The translations under genes were made by a program, and so were the position numbers. DNA of 64,000 nt from Cenococcum geophilum. Taxonomy: Eukaryota. Below the pieces are notes generated by a model. The model saw nothing but the letters and a program-made list of their open reading frames with translations. It was not told the DNA's origin and searched no databases. The stretch is from contig CP158636.1 in assembly GCA_050273025.1 (NCBI GenBank), forward strand, positions 9,796,001 through 9,860,000, read 5' to 3'. This document shows positions 1-14,000 of the stretch, piece by piece (the first letter of the stretch is position 1; every line of letters begins with the position of its first letter).

Positions 1-708
1 AGGCCTCTGCTTTAAATGTGGAAGTAGCTCCTACTTCTCTAATAACTGCTCTGCCCAAAACCTTCACCGCACATGCAACCTTACTAAAAGGTAGCGCCGC
101 ACGTCAAAACTTACGCATACCCATCTTCCTATTAAAAACAATCGATTTCCTAACTTTTAAGACCTAATTCCTACTGCCTAATAAGCTAGAGGTGGATTTA
201 TTTACCCTTTTGCCCCCTTACCCCCACGAAATTTTTTTTCGAAAGGGTGGTCCTAGCTTATAAGCGAAATAGGCAAGACAGGGATAGGAACACCAAAACC
301 AAATATAGACTTTTCCTAGGTTTTTCTTCTAATAAAGCAAAAGCCTAATAAAATAGGGGGTGTAGGTACTTTTCTATATCTCCTTTAGTCAGATTTTCCT
401 TAGAAAGAGAAGGATTGCCTTTTCGGGCTTTTTTGCTAGTAAAAGCCTAACAAGTCCTTTTTTCTAGTAGTTTTTTCTACTTCTAATAGAGAAGAAAATA
501 ACTATTATAGTCTTTTTCTCTAGTTTTTCTACTACTTTTTAGTCTAATTTCCCCAGAAACTCTCTAGTAGGGTTAGTAAGGAAAAAGGACGTAGAAGGAT
601 AGTAAAAATTAGAAAGGCTTTTTACCTAGCTTTTCACCTCTATACTAGGAGATAAGAGACCTAAGGAGGTTATTATCTACTGTAAAAACTAGGAACCCCC
701 CCTATAAG

Positions 709-2139
709 ATAATAAGGCCTACTAGGCCTAAACAAAGGCCTCCTAGAGGCGGAAATACAGAGACAAGTGACGACGAACGCTCATCTACCTCTTCTTCTTC
801 TCTTCCGCCTTCCCCCTGCCCATCTAGGAAAGACGTAGAAAAAAAGAATACAAGAAAAAGGTAGTATATGCAATCTCCTTCTACAAAAGAGAGCCAAAAC
901 CAAAGAAGAAAGACATTAATACCCAAGCCTATTACGGCTAGTATACCTCCTTCCTCTCTCTCTCCAAGATATCACCTACAAACGGCTCTAGATAACCTAA
1001 ACCAGGCCTATATAGGGCTAAAAGAAGAAGAAGAAAAAAGAGAGCAAGTCAAACTACTAGGGGATTACGTACAGAGCGTTTTAGTAGGAGAAAATCCCTT
1101 TATAAAAGAAAAAGAAAGGAAGGAAAGAGATGTCCTAAAAGGACTAGTAGAAGAATTAAGAGCCCTCCGTAAGGAGGTAGCCCCGAAAACCTACGCAGAG
1201 AAGCTAAAGAAGGGCCTCTCTACTTCTACTTTTGCTCCTCCTCCTTCCAGTTCATCTTCTTCTCCTTCCTCTACCTTAGTTCCCCCTACTATAAGTAAAG
1301 CAGCGAGCGGCACTACTAGTTCAACTAGCCCTACCTCTACTAGAGGGAAAAAGAAGCAGCTATAAGAAAGGGGACTAGTCCTAGTTACAGATAAAAAGGA
1401 CCAGTCTCTAGATATCTTCTCTATACGAAATATAATCAATTAGCGGTTTATGTCTAAATTGCAAATAGAGAAGCCAGTTATAGCTTCTATAGCTAGAACT
1501 AGAGAAAAGCAGAATATTCTTCTTATAACTACAGAAGAATATAATGCAGATTTTCTAGTTAAATATAAAGAAATCTGGTCAAGCTGCTTCTCCTTTAAAA
1601 GAGAACAAAAACTAGAACCCTGGGCTCAGGTAGTAGCTCACGGCGTCCCTATTCCCCCCTTTCTAGGAGAAGGAGGCTCTAAACTCCTAAAAGAGGAAAT
1701 AGAGACCTTTAATCCTATTAGGATACAGGGAATACCTAAATAGATCTCTTCTAGGGAAAAGAGATATGATCCATAAGCTAGGTTCGGCTCTATAGTCTTT
1801 ACTATAGAAAACGAGGAGAAAAGACAGGAAATCCTTAAGCAGAAGGAAATCCTAATTGCAGGGGTAGCTGCTAAGGTGGTTAAATACCTAAAAGTCTCTC
1901 CTACTATACAGTGTACAAGTTGCCAAAAATTTGGCCATATAGGAGATAGGTGCTCTACTAGGGCCTGTCGATTTTGTGCAGCAGTATATCTATCTAAAGA
2001 CCACTCCTGTTCTATTTGTAATATAATAGGCAGACCTTGCGAGCATACTACCCCTCTTTACAGCAATTGTAAAGAAAACCACTTTGCTAATAGCAAAGAC
2101 TGCGAGTCTCTTAAAGCAGCTAAACTAGTACACCAATGA
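709..2139 (+). pseudogene. LINE-1 ORF1 (gag-like, C-terminal CCHC knuckles), broken by RIP stops; start approximate
   Basis: ORF fragments 868-1365, 1450-1743 and 1876-2139 are in one frame separated by TAA/TAG; motifs QCTSCQKFGH...C, CRFCAA, NCKENHFANSKDC. Confidence 0.88.
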
Positions 2140-5100
2140 GTACAAGCTTAGAAGGTTCTATACAGGAAGAAGAAGAGATCTTACTAGTTTCTAAAGCTAG
2201 AGGAGAAATCTCCTTTATACAACATAATGTAGGAAAAAGACAAGAAGCACAGCAAACCCTACTAGAAATAGGATTTAGAAGAAAAATAGATATTATTCTA
2301 GTACAAGAACCTAGTACCTGGAAAGATAGACAAAAAGAATCCTACTTCTCTATTCTACATCCTGCATTTAACCTTATTCTCCCTAGTAATCTAGCTATTC
2401 GCCCTAGAGTAGCTATCTATATAAGGAAAACTAGCTCTAGTATTCTACAATATAGAAATAGGGAGGATATCTGCAAAGACACAGATATTATAGCATTAGA
2501 AATCTACGGCCAACTTGAGAGATTTTTATTGTTTAATGTCTATAACGAGAAACAACTAGACGAGAACTCTAGAACTTAAAGAAATAGCACAAGTACTATC
2601 TCTAGGGCCATTCTAGAACTAGAAATAGACCTCCCTTTTATACTAATAGGAGACTATAACCTACACCATACACGGTGGAACGCACTAGCGAGGAATCCGA
2701 CTAGAGAGGCCAAAGAACTAGTAGATTGGCTAGACAAATACAACTGCTAACTACTAAATTCAGACGAACAGAAAGGGACCTTCTATAGATCCAATATAAG
2801 GGAAAAGTCTATTATAGACCTAGCCTTCTACTTAGGAAACTTTTAAGAAAATACCTGGGATAATTGGACTATAATAGAAGAAACAGGATCTGATCATAAG
2901 ACTATAACATTCTCTCTATTTACTAGAGAGACGTAAAGATACCTAAACCCTCTTTAAGAAACTCCTTTCTCTATAAAAAAGGTAAATTGGGAGCTTTTCT
3001 CTACTTCTTTAAAAGAGCAAGTTCTAAAGCTAGAACTAGAAGCAAAACTTTTAGTACTAGAGGAACTAGTAGGAGAAAACCCCTATACAGAGATAGGAGA
3101 AAAAGGTCCCCTAGCCTCTCTAGAAGATTTTTATAGGCCTAGGGATAGAAGCTTAAGTACACTAGTAGACAATCTAGCAATAGATCTTACTAGCTGTATA
3201 AAGCTAGCAGTAAAGAAAGCTATCCCTAAATCTAGAACCTGCGAATTCTCTAAACTATGGTGGAATAAGGAGCTTCTAAAGAAAAGACAAAAAATGGCAA
3301 AACTAGGAAGACTTCAAGAGGAACAACCTACTAGAAGTTCTAGACTAGAAGCCTGTAAAGAAGCTAAAAATCAATACTTCTACGCAATAAGAGAAGCCAA
3401 GACTAGCTGCTGGAATAGCTTTCTAGAAAAACCACAAGGGAAGGAGGTCTTTACTGCCCTAAAATACACAAAGGAGAAAACATTGCGAATAATCCCTAGT
3501 CTATAGTATAGCAAGGATGGGATAACTAGACTAGTAGAAAGCTTCGAGGACCAGTATAAAGCTTTTATAACTACTCTATTCCTAAAACCCCCCCTTCTAC
3601 TAGCTCTATAGAGTGGAAGGACTATATAATAGACAATAAATGGGAATGGCCAGAACTGGAGAAAATAGAAGTCAAATAAGCAATTTTCTCTAGCTCTAAT
3701 AAAAAGGCTCCAGGACCAGATGGGATATCTTTTACAATCTTATAAAAGGCCTACCCTATTATAGAAGATCTTCTATATAGAATCTATAGGATTTTATTTA
3801 TCCTAGGCTATTAGCTAAAGGTTTGGAGAGAAGCTCGAGGAGTTATTCTCCCTAAAGCAAATAAGAAGGACTATTCTTTACTAAAGTCCTATAGACCTAT
3901 CTCCTTACTAAACTGCCTAGGAAAGACTTTAGAAAAGATCTTTACCACTAGATTAGGATATCTAGCTAGTACTACTAGCTTACTTCAAGATTCCCAATTA
4001 GGAGGAAGAAGACAGCGCTCCGCAATAGACGCAGTCTTACTACTTCTAAATAATATCCAATCTAAACATAGTAGGAAAAAAGCTAGACAAAGGATAGCTA
4101 CTATATTATTCCTAGACGTAAAAGGGGCCTTTGACCATGTCTCTAAAAACTAGCTTTTATCTATCTATAAGGAACTAGGACTACCTATAGCGTTTATATA
4201 ATGGGTAGCTACTTTCCTTTAATGGGCAAATACAAGAAAAAGTAGAACTAGAAACAGGGATACTATAGGGATCGCCTATATCCCCTATCTTATTTCTACT
4301 ATATATATGCAATATCTGCAGCATACAGACAGAAGGAGCCTATTCTCTTAGCTATATGGACGATTTTGCAATTACGGTTACCTTAAATTCAGCTAAATCT
4401 AATTGTAAAAAGCTAGAGAGAATAGCGCTAGAGCTAATGTCTAAAGCCAAAGAAGCTGCTATTAGTTTCGACGTTAGTAAAATAGAGCTTATATACTTCT
4501 ATAGTAAACGTACTACTATAGAAGAAGGGTTAAAGCTAGGAGATGTAGAAATATCCCCTAAACCCCTAGTTAGGTGGCTAGGGGTATTCCTAGACTCTAA
4601 GCTTACTTTTAAACAATATATAGAAATACAAATCTCTAAAGCAAAGGCAGCCTTTTATTTAATTAGAAGACTGGGTAATATGTAAAGAGGTCTATCTCTA
4701 TAAGCCCTACGACAACTCTATATAGTATGTGTTACTACTATAGCAGACTACGGAGTATAATGCTGGTGGAAAAGCAAATCTAGAGACTACCTACTAGATA
4801 GGTACCAATCTCTACAAAATGAGGCCCTGAAACTAGTTCTAGGAGCGTTTAGAGGATCTCCTAGCTAAGCTATGGAGATTGAAGCCTCTATTCCTCCTCC
4901 TAGAATTAGATTCAAAAAGCTTTGTAATAACTACGCATTAAAAATCCTAAAATTTAAGGAAAACCACGTAATTAAGAAGGTTTATATAAAAGAGATTAAT
5001 AAAGATAGGGACGAATTAGCAGCTAATTCTAGCTCTAGTTTTAGCCCTAAAAACTATACTATAAAGTACTTCTTATAGCTAAAGACATAGCTACTATCTT

Positions 5101-6203
5101 TAGCCTTTAGAGTTTAACAGCTAATTCAAAACTGGAAAATAGAGAGAACCTTTCTAGATTGGCAAAAACCGTGGTTTCCTCCTGTTTCTGCATCCTTTTC
5201 TATCTTAAAAGGTAGTAAGGAAGAAGCTGTATAAGAACACCTAAAACTAGTGGAAAATTTATAAGAATCCCTAGAGTGGGACCTAGTAGATATATACTAT
5301 ATAGATGGCTCTAAAGACAATAAATTAAATATAGCTGCTGTATGTAAAATAGGGGAGAGAAATAGAATTAAATATGCAACAAACTGGAATCTAGGACCCT
5401 ATATGAAAATTATAGACGTAGAGATCTACGCAGTCTATAGGGCCCTAGAATACCTAAAATAATAAAGACTAGAAGAGAAATAAGTCTATATCTTTATAGA
5501 TAGCTAAGCGGCTATTAAGAGATTATAGCTTAATTCTCTTATAGGGGGGTAAGAACTAGTCTTTAAAATTACGTAAAGCTGCTCCTATCTAGCTAGTAAG
5601 GGGATCTCTATTAACTTTTACTGGGTTCCTAGCTATTTAGGAATCTATAGGAATAAAATAGCAGATAAGCTAGCTAAAAAGGGCCTTTTTAGAAGAAAAC
5701 TATAATCTTTTTATACCTCCCTAGCCTATATAGGGAGAGCAGTAAGAGAAAAGATAATAGAATAGTGGAAAAATAACTGGCAACAGAATAAGAATAAAGG
5801 AAAACACTATACTAGGATCTGTAAAGGAAGCTATTCCTTTTCTCTTAAAGCCCCTAAGGATAAATATCCTAAAAGGCTATAATTAGCTTTCTTCCAGCTA
5901 AAGCTAGGAAAAGGCTATTTTAAATCCTTCTCTAAAGTAATAGGGGGGGAGGACGAAGATGGTAGATGCTTTAGGGAATGTAGAGCACTACAAACACCTA
6001 GGCACCTACTATTAGACTGTAACCTATATAGAGAAGAAAGAAGAGAAATGCAAAAGAAACTAGGCTCTTCTCTCTCTCTAAAAAAGCTATTTTGTACACA
6101 AAAAGGAAGAGAGACGCTTTTTCTATTTCTAAGTAGGACAGGAATAGCTACTAGAAAGTGGCTAATAACAGCAGGATCTATAGAAGGAGGTAACTCCTAC
6201 TAG
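2136..6203 (+). pseudogene. LINE-1 ORF2 (AP endonuclease, reverse transcriptase, RNase H, CCHC finger), disrupted
   Basis: IQHNV..ILVQEP (APE); KAPGPDG, YRPISLLNCLGK, FLDVKGAFDHV, GSPISPILF, YMDD (RT, ~4353); Y.DGSK, F.DS.AA, WVPS..GI.GN..ADKLAK (RNase H, ~5300-5680); CF.EC..QTPRHLLLDC near 5970-6020. Contains stops and frameshifts. Confidence 0.92.
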
Positions 6204-9200
6204 GCTCCTAGTAAAGAGATATTAGTAAGTAAAAGGATAGAAATAAATTACAAAAGGACAGGGACAGGCGTTAGGATTTCTTAATTTTCTTATAATTTTC
6301 TACCGCTTTCTCATTCCCTAGTAGTTGCTTGTAACTTAGTATTTTACTAAGGAACTATAAACCCCTAGTTTAGGGGCTTATAAACTACTAGGATATAGTT
6401 ACTAGTATATGTTAAGCTGCCCTAAGGGATTTATGTATATAGGACTATAGCGCCATAGCCTAGAGGCTGCATGCGCAGTATTGTACGTAGTATAATATAA
6501 CGGATAAAAAAAAAAAAAAAACTACTCTGCCCCCTTTTAAAAAGATCTATAAATAGTTAACGCTAGTAGCCGTTTACTGTACCGATCTTCTAGCTACCGA
6601 CCCCGATCTTTATCTAGCTCTAACTCCGTATCTAGTAAGCACTACTTATAAGGGCAAAGTTATAACCGACGTTCTGTAGGAACCCCTTCCCGCTTACTAC
6701 TAAAAGGCATATTTTAGAGTTAAGTCGCTCTCTGGGATGGCTCTGCCTTAGGATCTTATTAAATGCTTTGGATGTTACGAACTCTAACTCTTAAGATTGT
6801 AACATAACCGTTAACTGTTATCTTTGGCAGAACGATTAATAGGCTAATGTTTAAGTCCTAATTGATACAGGAGCTAGTAGCATAGGATTTATTAATAAGA
6901 TCTTTATATAAGATAATAGTTTTACCCTAACCCCCCTTAACCGGCATATTAATATATTTGGATTTAATAGCAAACGTACGGTCTTAGGCCGAATTACTTA
7001 TATAGTATACCTAAGACTCTAATACCTAAATCACGAAGAACTAATTAAGCTCTTTATTACTATATTGGGTTACCTGGTAATCCTTAAATAACCCTAAATA
7101 AAGCTATATAAGGTAACTATTAATTAGGACAACCTCAAGCTTCTATTTACCGCCTCCCGTTATAAGTAGAAGTGCCTTACAATGTACCGTCTTGACCCTA
7201 AACCGAAATCTAAGAATTCCACTAAATTCTACTAACGTAAAATTTCTATAACTGTCTACCCCGTACCCAAAGAATCTACTAGACTCTACTAGTATAAGAA
7301 TTCCACTAATATCCACTAAGGATCCGAAAACCCTACTAGATCCCATAAGTTATTACTAAGTACTACACCGCCCCGAGCTAAGTAGAAGCTTAAGCTTAAT
7401 ATACGAAAATACTAGAAGGACTGGTATTTTACTATAAAAAGGATTTTTAAAGAACCCGAACCTAAATCTGATACTAACTCTGTACCTAATACCGAACCTA
7501 AACCTAAATAAGAAACTATGGATAATCCAAGCGAGCTTGGCACCCTAAATATCCGCATAATTGGAGCTACCCCACTAGTATAACTTGCTAAGAAACCCGA
7601 ATATACGATTTTCGCTATTACTATGGCTGATATTAAGAAGGCCTTAGTACCGAAGAAGCACACCGACCCTGCTATAAAAGTACTAGTAGAGTACTATAAC
7701 CGCCTAGAGGTATTTTTATAGAAGGAAGCCAATAAGCTACCGGAACACCAATTATACGACTATAAGATTATACTTAAAGAAGGACAGCAGCCTAGATTTG
7801 GACCTCTATACGGGATGTCCTAAAACGAACTCTAAGTATTATAAAAGTATTTAAACGAGAACCTAAGTAAAGAATTTATTAGAGCAAGTTCGTCGCCTAT
7901 AGCCGCACTAGTGATCTTCGTTAAAAACCCCAGCGGCGGTCTGCGCTTCTATATAGACTACTAAGCTCTTAACGCCGTTACCGTTAAAAACTAATATCCG
8001 ATCCCGTTAATATAAGAGACGCTAAACTAACTAAGTAAGGCTTGTTACTACACAAAGCTCGATATTATCTCTATATTTAACCGTCTCCGTATTATAAATA
8101 GCTTACTATATTTCGTACCCGATATGGACTATTTAAGTACTTAGTAATACCCTTTAGCCTTATAAACGCCCCGAGCTTGTTTTAGTATTATATAAACAAT
8201 ACCTTACGCCCCTACCTGGACATCTTCTATACTGCTTATATTGACGACATCCTAATATATAGTAATAACCTAACCGAATATCGGAAATACGTTAACCTTA
8301 TTTTATAAGCCCTGCACGGAGCTGGTCTATAATTAGATATAGATAAATACGAGTTCTATAAAACGGAAGTTTTATACCTTAGACTCCTTATTTCTATAAA
8401 TAGTATATAAATGGACCTAAAGAAAGTCGAAGTAATTATAAACTAGTAAGAACCTAAGAACGTTAAGGATGTAAGAGCCTTTATAGGATTTGCTAATTTC
8501 TACTAACGGTTTATTAATAACTTCTCCGCCCTGGTTTTACTCCTTATAGCTCTAACCTAAAAGGATAAAGTCTTTATCTTTAATAAAGAATGTAAGAAAG
8601 CCTTTGCCTATCTAAAGGTTATATTTACTACCGCGCCTATACTCTAATACTTTAACCCAAACTAAATAAGTGTTATAAAAGCCAACTTATCTAACTACGT
8701 TACTAAAGGCATCCTGTCTTAATATAACGAGGATGAAGTACTATACCCTATAGCATACTTTTTAAAACGACTAAGCCTAGCCGAATATAACTATAAGATC
8801 TATAATAAGGAATTATTAGCTATTATTAGATGTTTTAAATAATGGCGACCTAAACTAGAAGGCGCTGGATTTCTAATTAAGGTCCTTAGCGACCATAAGA
8901 ACCTACAGTACTTCACAACCACAAAATAGCTGAGTTATTATTAGGCCCGCTAGTCAGAATATCTATCTCGTTTCCGATTCTTAATTACGTACCGCCCGGG
9001 CGTTTAAGGTCAGAAGCCTAACGCCCTAACCCGACGCTTATAAGACGCGCTAGCCCTAAAAGAAGCGCGCTCTTACTGAAATTAGACCCTACTTCGCCCT
9101 AAACTATTTAACCCTCCTACTAAAGACCTTACGGTATACGTCCTTAAAATAATTAATTGATTAATTAAACAAATTATAGTTAACAAATACCCAAATAATA

Positions 9201-10674
9201 AATTTATCTAAGAGACGCTTAAGCTAATGCACGATAGTATTAGACGCTCTAAAAAGATTTCTCTAAGTAAATATAAAGCCCGCGGAAACCGCTTATATTA
9301 CCAGAACCGCCTAGTTATACCTAATTATAACGAACTTAAGCTTAAGCTCCTTAAATATATACACGATCTATTAGTAGCTAGCTACCTGGGCTAAGGAAAA
9401 ACCCTAGAACTGCTTTAATAAGAATACTATTAGCCGAATATATACAATATAACACGAAGGTACGTCTCTAGCTGCTATATCTGCCGACGAGCTAAAGCTT
9501 TACATAAGATGTATAACGGCCTCCTAAAGCCACTGCCTGTTCCGGACCGAAGATAGAAGGACATCTTAATTGACTTTGTCGTTAACCTCCCTATAAGTAA
9601 AGGCTGTATAAATATTATAGTAGTTATAGACCAACTATTTAAGATAAGACACTTAATTGCCTACCCTAATATGTTAACGCCTACCGTCGCTTAACTATTC
9701 CTAAATTACGTATAGAAACTCCACGGACTCCCTAAAACAATTATCTCCAATAAAGGTAGCTAGTTTATGTCTACATTTTAGAAAAAACTAACTACCCAAC
9801 TTTATATTAGAGTACTACTGTTTACTATATATTACCTAGAAATAGACGGTTAAATGGAATGTATAAACGCTATAATGGAACAGTATATTCGGATATACAC
9901 GTTATATTTATAAGATAACTGGATTAACTGGCTTATATTTACTAAGTTTACTATAAATAATTCCGTCTTGGAAACTATAAAGGTCTCCCCATTCCTGGCT
10001 AATTACGGCTAGCACCCACGAATGGGTTTTAAACCTTTTAGTAATGTTTCTTGCCCTACTTGTTATGCCTTATAAGTCGCAGAAGTAAATAAATTTATAA
10101 AGAAGATAGAGGAACTACAACGGTTCCTTATTAATGAAATAATATAGGCCCAATCTATCTATAAAGCCGCAGTAAATAAGAAATAAACCCTAGCACCGGC
10201 TTACTAGATTAGTAACTTTATCTAGCTAGATATAAGAAACCTAAATACAAAACGACCTGCTAAGAAACTTAATTAAAAGAACACTGGCCCTTACAAGATT
10301 AAGAAGATTGTTTCCTCTTACGCCTACTAACTAAAGCTCCCTAATACGGTTAAAATCCACCCTATATTCTATACGTCAGTCCTCCGCCCTACTACCCCCG
10401 TATTAGACGCCCTGCCTAGACAGATATAAGACCCTCCCCTACCAGTTAAAGTGGATAGTAAGAACGAGTACTTTATTAAAAGAATTAATAACATTAAGTA
10501 TAATAAACGGAAACGCTAGTATATGTACCTTATAAAATGGAGAGGCTTTACTAAGCCCTCATGGGAACCCATTAACTCTGTAGGACTTATATAAGCCGCA
10601 GAAGACTTTTATAAACTTTACCTAGAACTACCACAGCCCTATCTCGCAGAAGCTCAAGTTTAAAGGGGGGGTAC

Positions 10675-11045
10675 TGTTATAGGACACCCCCGTAATACCT
10701 TACACACGTCTACCTATTTTCACCGACTTAGCAATTAGAGATTAACCGTAAATTAGCAATTTAACGGCAATCTAATGGCAATCTAACGGTAATCTATGGC
10801 ATTCTGCTACATTCTACTAAGTTCTACCGAATTCTACTAAGTTCTGCTAGGACTACGACCTAAACCCTATTCTATCCTATGCACGTGTTGACTAAGCAAC
10901 TAAGTCAACGATATATGCCCTTTCTTCCCGTTTCCCTACCTTCTTTCGTTACGCAACGTTTTAACTTTATTATATAGTTTATATACATAGCTTAATAATA
11001 TCTACTTCGTTATATATTATTACCACTCGTACTCACTCCGTAACA
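10675..11045 (+). repeat. 3' LTR of Gypsy A1 (371 bp)
   Basis: tgtta...taaca termini, preceded by PPT, homologous to 49351-49730. Confidence 0.92.
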
Positions 11046-14000
11046 CTTACCTTATAGAAATATAGGCAAATGGAATAACAACCACTAATTAGGAGGTGCG
11101 ATTTATGTTCTTAAATTAGGAAGAGTTTACAAAGTAACTTATATAGATATTCGGAGACCTAGAGGCGGTAACTATAGTAAAAAGAAAACTTTAAGATATT
11201 ACGCAATAAACCTTAGTAATTAAGTATACAATATAGTTCTAAACGCTAGCGATATAAGTTAAGTAGAATAATAAGGCACTTATAGCATAGTATAAGCAAG
11301 GACTTAAGGCTAAAGTTTAGGACGTAATTATCCTAATAGAAGATGCGAACACCCTATAGGAGTTAATAGATTAAGCAATTAAGATTAACAATTAGATCTA
11401 CTAAGGGGAATAGGCTAAGAGAGGCTAGGACAGAGTTCTATAGTTATATAAGACGTAGAGTACGCAATAACTAAAGCTAAATTAGAAACTATAGTATGGC
11501 GCAGAGCTAATGGACCTAAGTAGTACTAAAGAAGCCTATAAGAAATAAAGTAAGAAACTATAAAAACCTAAAGGTTAAGGATTTAGTAATTATAGAACTA
11601 GGGAGCAAAGGCTAAACCAAAGATCTTAGTAGTAGAAGACGTTTAGGCGGACTCTATAGTAAAGTTAGTGGTTTAAAAACGGAGCTTATATAAATTGCGG
11701 GAAATAAGGTTATTTTGTAAGGGATTATAAAGATAGTTAGGGTTATTATATAAGAAAGGAAACCAGACTAGTAGTAAAAGACATATATATATAGAGGGAT
11801 AATAGTATACTGTAAGGAATAAAAGAATGTTTAATTAGAAGTTTTACGTTTTATTATAATAACGCATACTAAATTTATAAAGACGCTAAGTACGGCGTAA
11901 GCTATTGGCTATAGGAGCTAAAATCCTTAGAATGCAGGGGAACTAATAAACTAGTTCGCAGATCGGATATTAAGGATAATAAATTTAATAAAGGCAAAAC
12001 ATTCTGTAACAATAAGGCATTAAAAGCAGTTTACTAGAAGCATATAGACCTTAGAGATGTTATATAAGAGGTAGAGAATAATTCCACTATAGAATAGGAA
12101 ACATTAGTAGGGATTAAGACCCTACTAAATATAATATTTATCGCTTTATAAGACGTAAGAGAAGTAGGATAGTAAACTACTTTAGTACTTAATAAAGGCA
12201 AAAGGCTAAAGGCTTAAGAATCTTAAGATAAGATAAGGTATACTTAAGGACCTATAATAGATAGAAACCAATAGAGTAAGGTAGTAGCTTAGTTTAAAGA
12301 TATACAAATAAGCTCGGGATAAAGTTTCCTATAGGTATAAGATTCTTAAGAAGAAATAAGTAAGATTTAAGACTTTTAAGATAAGATAAGAACACCTAAG
12401 CCTAGTTAGACTAAGGTAGGAGCAAAGCTTAAGATAGAAGCTAGCTTAAGATTAAGAATCCTATAAAACTAAGACTTTAAGATATAAATAAGGACCATTA
12501 ACAAAATTAAGAAGTAAGATAACTTTAGGGATCCACTTATAAGGCGAGAAAAGAAAGAAACCATAGAGAAATTTAGAGTAAGAATTACCGCATAGCAAGA
12601 TCAGAAACTAAATAAGAGATTTAGCATACTAGGTTATATAAGGGATAGAGCACTAGTATAAAGGATTACTAATAGGCCTAGAACAGGCATACTAAGAGCT
12701 AAGTGGCTTATTAAACTAGAATAAGAAGAGGATTTAGGGATTCTAACTAGGTTTGAAGAACAATATATAAAGGGCTGTCACGATGTAGTAATAAGAAGAT
12801 ACTTCCTTATAGACAAGCTGTATATACTTAAGGGGTTATACCAAAAGTGGTATAGATAACGACATAATAATAAGTAGGAAGATTTCTATATATAGCTAGA
12901 TAAAAAGGTTATCCAAGACCACCTAATTATAAAGAAGGCTATAAGTCACATTAAAGGAGCCTTAATTATAATATTAAAGGATTTAGAGGAGTAATTAGAG
13001 GATTAGAAAAGTAAGAGGCAAATCTTAGTACCTATAAAAGAAGTCGCAACGCTTAAATCAATATAAGAAAGGTTTAAACTTAAGAATAAGGATAAGCTAA
13101 GAGTTAACCTAAGATATTAAGCATAATATATATTGGCATAGATCGCATATATAGATAATATATACAATATATATAGAGCACCCAAAGACAAAAACCGGAA
13201 GTACCTAGTAAGAATATATTAGGTACTGGATAAGGCAAAATACCAAAACACTAAATATATGTATAGTTAGCACCTAGCAGAAGTACAGAGCTAAGGGGAC
13301 TTAATACTTTAACCAAAAAGATTCCTTATGGAAAAATACCTAGACAAATAATAGTAGTAGGAATGCCTAGAAAATACATGTCTATAGTATATTAAAGACA
13401 AAAAGCGAACTAAGTATTAGCTAAAATTAGACTAAGTATAAATAGGATTAAGCAGCCTGTAGTTAGGAAAAATAGAGGCCTATAGGACTAAAGGGAACTA
13501 GTAGTAGAGCCTTAGACCCTTAAAGGAATTTAAGGACAATACCTAAACCTATAAGTTAAGTAGCAAAATTAACAGTTTAAAGCATTAATAGATAGTGGAG
13601 TAAAAAGGAACTATATTTTACTAGTAGCAGTTAAAAGAATGGGATTACCACATAGGAAAAAGGAGCACTTTTACCTATTGGTAACAATTTTAGAAGATCT
13701 AATAGCCTACAAAGGAGGTATTATTAACCTTAAAACAGGACCTATTTAGTTAACTATTAAAGAGAGATAAATTAAGATATCTTTTAATATATTACCATTA
13801 GGGAATAATAAGGTAGTACTAGAAATGCCTTAGTTATAGGAATATAATCTAAAGATTAATTGGGTTATAAGTCAGGTCAATATTAGGGATACTTAACGCC
13901 GTAAGATGTAATAATAAGCCAAGTTAGTATAGTACTAAGTAGGAGCAACCTATAAAGAAATAGAGAAAGGACTAAGTTATATACTAAAGAGATACCATAA

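Larger units (their letters stand above)
57..6519 (+). mobile_element. Full-length LINE (Tad1-like non-LTR retrotransposon with RNase H), RIP-inactivated (LINE-1)
   Basis: 13-bp TSD aactgctctgccc (44-56) / aactactctgccc (6520-6532, one G>A); poly(A) tail from 6506; gag-like ORF1 and APE-RT-RNaseH-CCHC ORF2; inserted just after the gag zinc-knuckle codons of Gypsy A1. Confidence 0.95.
1..11045 (+). mobile_element. Gypsy/chromovirus A1 (5' part outside window; interrupted by LINE-1 at 57-6519)
   Basis: GLCFKCGSSS.FSNNC knuckle at 1-50 resumes at 6520; protease LIDTGA (~6857), RT YIDDILIYS (~8237), RNase H, integrase, chromodomain (YL.KWRGF..PSWEP ~10525-10570), PPT aaaggggggg 10662-10671, 3' LTR. 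Confidence 0.92.
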
